Below are positions 60,316-64,000 of a DNA stretch of 64,000 nt, piece after piece. Both the position numbers and the translations under genes were made by a program. The stretch comes from Chloroflexota bacterium (GTDB taxonomy: Bacteria > Chloroflexota > UBA11872 > VXOZ01). The notes under the pieces were generated by a model. The model was not told the origin of the DNA and made no database searches. It saw nothing but the letters and a program-made list of their open reading frames with translations. Numbering within the stretch: the first letter of the stretch is position 1; each line of letters opens with the position of its first letter. The stretch spans positions 50,611-114,610 of the forward strand of contig JAPOQA010000031.1 in the NCBI GenBank assembly GCA_026710945.1, given 5' to 3'.

Positions 60316-62022
60316 TTAAGGGCCTTCCCAATGCCGGTAGAAGGCGGAGCGACGCTCACCGACAAGCTGCTCCAGTTCCTCTCCATGTATCTCGAACTTC
60401 TGAAAGACGTGCTGGATCACTTCAACGCCAGCCTCGAACTCCGGCTGCACTACGTCTGAGGCTCCGGCTTCACGCAATCTTTGGATTGCCTCCCGGCTGC
60501 TCGCCCGGGCAATAATGTCGAGCCCCGGGTTCAGAATGCGCGCGTGGCGCACGGCAACTTCCGCCGCCACGTCATCGTGAACGAGCACTGCCAAGAGTGA
60601 CGCGTCTTCTAGCTTGGCGTGCGCAAGGACCGCAGGACTGCCCGCGTCGCCAAACACCACCGGCACGCCCTTGTCGCGGAGTTCGCTTACCGTCAGCGGA
60701 TTGTATTCCACAATTACGTAGTGGATGTTCTGTAAGTCAAGCGCCTCGGCGAGCTCCCGCCCGACCCGTCCGAAACCGCAGATCACCGCATGGCCGCGGA
60801 ACAGGCCCTCCCAATAGGGCGCGATATCCGGTTCCGCAAACCTCCCGCCAATGACCGGTAAAGCCCGCAGCAAGCGAAGAAGCGGCGGCTCGAGCAGCAA
60901 GAGAAACGGCGTCAAGAAAATGCTAATGAGCGCCGTGCTGATGACAAGGTTGAAGATGCCGCTGGGCAACGCTCCCGCTCCAACACTGATCTGTGCCAAC
61001 ACAAAGGAAAACTCGCCAACCTGCCCCAAGCTCAGCGCGGCGCAAACGGCAGCATGCGCCGGTACGCGCAGCAGAAGGAGCAGTATCATCAAGATAACCA
61101 CTTTGCCCAGAACGGCTCCGGCAACCGTAAGACCGACCGCTCCCAAATTGCCGATGAGCCACACAGGGTCAAACAGCATTCCAATTGAAACGAAGAAGAG
61201 CGACGCGAATAGATCCCGCAGCGGTACAATCTCAGCCACTACTTGGGTGCGAAATTCTGATTCCGCGACGACAAGCCCGGCCAGGAAAGCGCCGAATGCC
61301 AGCGAAAGACCGACGAATTGAGCTAAGAACGCCGTGCCAAGCGCGATCGCCACAACGGAGAGGATGAGGAGCTCACGCGACTCGCCGTGGGCAATGTGGG
61401 TGAGCAGCCAATGTGCCACGCGCGCGCCGATGAAGTACGCCCCAATGCAGACTGCGGCCGCCTTGCCGGCAAGTAAGAGCAAGTCAAAGACCACGTCCTC
61501 GCCACCCGCTGCAAATGCCGGGAGAATTACGACCATTGGTACAACCGCAATGTCTTGAAGAATGAGAATGCCAAGCGCAATGCGGCCGTGAAGCGATTGC
61601 AACTCCCCGCGGGTCATGAGAACTTTGATGACTACCACGGTGCTGGAGAGGGCGACAAGGGCGCCCAACAGAATTCCCTGCGCAAGAGTAAGACCAAGAA
61701 AGCTTCCGACAAAGGGTCCAATGGCCATCGTCAGAGCAATCTGCCCAATGCCCCCAAGCACAACAATGCGTCCCAGGTGGCGCAGCTCACGCAGCGAGAA
61801 CTCCGCGCCGACAGCAAAGAGGAGGAACATCACGCCTATCTCTGCCAGCACCTGGACGTCGTGCTGATCGGCATGCAGTACAGGGTTAAACGGCCCAATG
61901 GCGATCCCCGCAACCAAGTACCCCAAAATTACGGGCAACCCCATACGCTGCGCGACGAGACCCAGCAAGAAGGCCGCGAGCACGGCGAGGGAAAGACTCA
62001 ATACTAATGAAACGTCAGGCAC
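60316..62022 (-). CDS. Kef-type monovalent cation:proton antiporter (CPA2) with a C-terminal RCK/TrkA-N domain
   Basis: 568 aa; ~12 TM helices; C-terminal Rossmann motif ICGFGRVGRELAEAL. Confidence 0.85.
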   Translation of the reverse strand: MPDVSLVLSLSLAVLAAFLLGLVAQRMGLPVILGYLVAGIAIGPFNPVLHADQHDVQVLAEIGVMFLLFAVGAEFSLRELRHLGRIVVLGGIGQIALTMAIGPFVGSFLGLTLAQGILLGALVALSSTVVVIKVLMTRGELQSLHGRIALGILILQDIAVVPMVVILPAFAAGGEDVVFDLLLLAGKAAAVCIGAYFIGARVAHWLLTHIAHGESRELLILSVVAIALGTAFLAQFVGLSLAFGAFLAGLVVAESEFRTQVVAEIVPLRDLFASLFFVSIGMLFDPVWLIGNLGAVGLTVAGAVLGKVVILMILLLLLRVPAHAAVCAALSLGQVGEFSFVLAQISVGAGALPSGIFNLVISTALISIFLTPFLLLLEPPLLRLLRALPVIGGRFAEPDIAPYWEGLFRGHAVICGFGRVGRELAEALDLQNIHYVIVEYNPLTVSELRDKGVPVVFGDAGSPAVLAHAKLEDASLLAVLVHDDVAAEVAVRHARILNPGLDIIARASSREAIQRLREAGASDVVQPEFEAGVEVIQHVFQKFEIHGEELEQLVGERRSAFYRHWEGP

Positions 62023-62247
62023 GGCAGTGCTCCTGCACTACTCAAAGACTGTGCTCGCTCTCAGCACAATTCAGAGCCGTTGCTTAGGGAGAATTGCGGC
62101 AGAGCACACGATGCGGTTCCTCGTCATCATGGTACCAGACGGTCACTCTCACCAATGGCTCGCGGCGCGTCACTCGCATATACTCTTCGGTCTCCACCGA
62201 TTGACGCATTGGGGGATGGTCAGTGCTTTATTGCTGATCGGCAAACC

Positions 62248-62279
62248 AGCATTGCCAACCCAATGAGAAGCTGCTATAC
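62248..62279 (+). promoter_or_regulatory. candidate promoter of the LysM gene (TTGCCA, 17-nt spacer, TATACT)
   Basis: Hexamers sit 60-90 nt upstream of the ATG at 62338. Confidence 0.35.
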
Positions 62280-62337
62280 TCTCTTGCGGAAGTTGAAGTC
62301 TGGGGCTAGGCATTCTCAGCAAAGATTGGAGTGAGCG

Positions 62338-62562
62338 ATGGGCTTCCTGGATGCGTTGTTTGGCAAGAAGAAGTCTGGTGGCGGGGTCCGCACGACAATC
62401 AAAGTCGGCCCGGGGGAATCCCTTCAAGACATCGCACAACGCGAGTACGGCGATGCCGCCAAGTGGGACGTGATTTTCCAAAAGAATAAGTGGCGCTTCG
62501 ATGGCGAAGACCCGAAAACTATCTATCCCGGCATGGATCTAGACATTCCCGAGATTGACTAG
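62338..62562 (+). CDS. small LysM-domain protein
   Basis: 74 aa; LysM core IKVGPGESLQDIAQREYGDAAKWDVIFQKN; followed by a strong intrinsic terminator. Confidence 0.6.
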   Translation: MGFLDALFGKKKSGGGVRTTIKVGPGESLQDIAQREYGDAAKWDVIFQKNKWRFDGEDPKTIYPGMDLDIPEID

Positions 62563-62598
62563 GATCAGCCGCTCACAATTCGTATAAACTTAGCTTTA

Positions 62599-62637
62599 GG
62601 AAGGGCATTGGCGTTGCGCCAATGCCCTTCCTTTTTT
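62599..62637. terminator. bidirectional intrinsic terminator (15-bp stem ggaagggcattggcg/cgccaatgcccttcc plus T6)
   Basis: Perfect GC-rich hairpin followed by tttttt on the plus strand; an A/T-rich tract flanks it on the other side (the minus-strand CDS stop lies at 62636-62638). Confidence 0.7.
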
Positions 62638-63484
62638 ACGCGCTCGCCGCCGTCAGCATCTCCCGCAACGCCTTGGCAGATTCTATTGCCGCTGCTTCCG
62701 GCGGCCCGCCTGCCACTTGATAGTGCATCTCCAACGTGTAGACGCCGTCGTAGCCGTCCTTTGCCAGCGCGCGGAACTGGCCTTCGTAGTCGGTCTCGCC
62801 CTTGCCCACCCGGCAGGCCTCTATCTCGCCGTTTACCCAACGAGCATCCTTCACGTGCATGTGTGCCAGATGGGGCTGTATTGCCGCGTAATGCTTGGGA
62901 TACGGGTCTTCCTCCGCCCAAAGGCAGTTTCCCGGATCCCAGATTGCCTTCAAATGTGGCGAACCGACTGCCTCGATTAGCCGCTGCGACTCTTCGCCCA
63001 CACCCGCGTAGCACGTCGGCTCATTCTCCATGCACAGGTCGAACCCATGCTTGGCGGCCATGTCGAGCGCCGGCCCAAACCGCTCCACAACCTTGGGGAA
63101 TACCTCCTCCGGATCCTCGTCTCGCCAGAAAGAGAAGCAGCGTACCACACGCGTACCGAAGCGCTCGGCCAGCGCAAAGCAGTGCGGCAAGAGCGCCAGA
63201 TGCTCTTCATACGTCATTTCCTGCGCGCCGAAGGTATCACCTTCAATCTTGCGCTCCCGGCCCTCCAACGGGCACTTGAATATCGGTGTACCGAGTGCGC
63301 TGACCTGGATGCCATTCTGCTTCAGGAGGCGTTGCACGTCATCCAGTCCATCCGGTGAAAGGTCCATCAGGTTCGTGCCGTTGATCGTGCGCAGTTCCGC
63401 ATACATGATGCCGTGCTCGCGCATCACGCCCAGCCCAGTGGCAAAGTCCGGATGCACCTCGTCAGTGAATATCCCAATTTTCAT
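62636..63484 (-). CDS. sugar phosphate isomerase/epimerase (xylose isomerase-like TIM barrel)
   Basis: 282 aa; AP_endonuc_2/XylA-like TIM-barrel pattern with conserved metal-binding E/D/H positions (ENEP, HMHVKD, EMH). Confidence 0.8.
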   Translation of the reverse strand: MKIGIFTDEVHPDFATGLGVMREHGIMYAELRTINGTNLMDLSPDGLDDVQRLLKQNGIQVSALGTPIFKCPLEGRERKIEGDTFGAQEMTYEEHLALLPHCFALAERFGTRVVRCFSFWRDEDPEEVFPKVVERFGPALDMAAKHGFDLCMENEPTCYAGVGEESQRLIEAVGSPHLKAIWDPGNCLWAEEDPYPKHYAAIQPHLAHMHVKDARWVNGEIEACRVGKGETDYEGQFRALAKDGYDGVYTLEMHYQVAGGPPEAAAIESAKALREMLTAASA

Positions 63485-63686
63485 CGTCGTACCCTTCTCT
63501 AATTAGTCAAATTATCCCTGCGTATTATACAAGAAGCTATTGTCCCACGGCGCGGACGATCCAGGAGGTTGCCCTTGCACATATGTGCCGCGCTCATTGC
63601 TACAGGGAATCTTGCCCGTGAGCTCGGTCGGCCTTCCGCCGCTACGCGCTTTCCGCATCAGGCGTCACTACCGTCTTGGCGTGCTC

Positions 63687-64000
63687 CTAGAGAGGCCGGG
63701 CGAATCGACGAAGCGCAGCTATTGCGAGGATGATTGAAGCAAGCGCAACCACCCCGGCCACGCCAAATAGGGCCTCGAAGGACACGAGATCAGCAAGAAG
63801 TCCTCCCACCGGAGTGAGGAACAACAAGATGCCGACCAGGGTATTCGTGAAACCCAAGTAGATGATGCGATCTTCCACAGGGGAAACCTCTATTGCCAAA
63901 ACGGAGAATGTGACTTCCTGCCCACCTGTTGTAGTGCCGAGGAAGACAAAGAGGACAAGAAAGAGCCAACCTATCAGAGTAGTCGAGACATGAGCATCGG
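63687..64000 (-). CDS. MFS transporter, C-terminal fragment (truncated by the window edge)
   Basis: The reading frame is open to position 64000; the ORF track shows only the internal TTG-started tail; hydrophobic TM segments (LIGWLFLVLFVFLG..., LVGILLFLTPVGGLLADL). Confidence 0.5.
   Translation of the reverse strand, partial: DAHVSTTLIGWLFLVLFVFLGTTTGGQEVTFSVLAIEVSPVEDRIIYLGFTNTLVGILLFLTPVGGLLADLVSFEALFGVAGVVALASIILAIAALRRFARPL

Overview
This is a high-GC (about 60-65%) bacterial chromosomal window with dense coding on both strands. Start codons are often GTG/TTG and many genes overlap by 4 nt (ATGA). The gene content suggests a Chloroflexota-like or other high-GC lineage: cdaA-cdaR, a long-form hisG, lipoprotein and TAT-like signal peptides, and abundant REP/MITE-like palindromic repeats. 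I cannot assign the taxon from sequence alone. Most of the window is housekeeping: aroG-like DAHP synthase/aroA, mnmA, alaS, mutY, argF, cdaA/cdaR, recA, secD, a hisS-like gene, hisG, secF and alr. Interleaved are accessory-looking genes: an envelope-glycosylation set (GT-C-like membrane protein, a glycoside-hydrolase::O-antigen-ligase fusion, a DPM1-like GT2, and two orphan solute-binding lipoproteins), a VapBC module, a heterodimeric ABC exporter pair split by a tandem hairpin-repeat array, an orphan MalK-like ATPase with a DUF624-like protein, a GMC oxidoreductase pair and a Kef-type antiporter. The most notable candidate system is a two-gene operon at 23854-27204. It encodes a RecQ-family helicase fused to a ComFC-like PRTase domain, followed by a divergent DprA-like (Smf) protein. 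This looks like a compact ComFA/ComFC/DprA-type ssDNA-processing module, or a conflict system built from those parts. Other notable items: a tandem ThyX-ThyX fusion with complementary degenerate active-site motifs; a MobA-like nucleotidyltransferase::Ham1-like fusion; a ~290-bp complex palindromic element present as two inverted copies 44 kb apart; several families of short palindromic repeats sitting at gene 3' ends; a non-CRISPR tandem array between the two ABC exporter genes; and secD and secF separated by hisS-like/hisG. No rRNA, tRNA or CRISPR array could be supported by eye.
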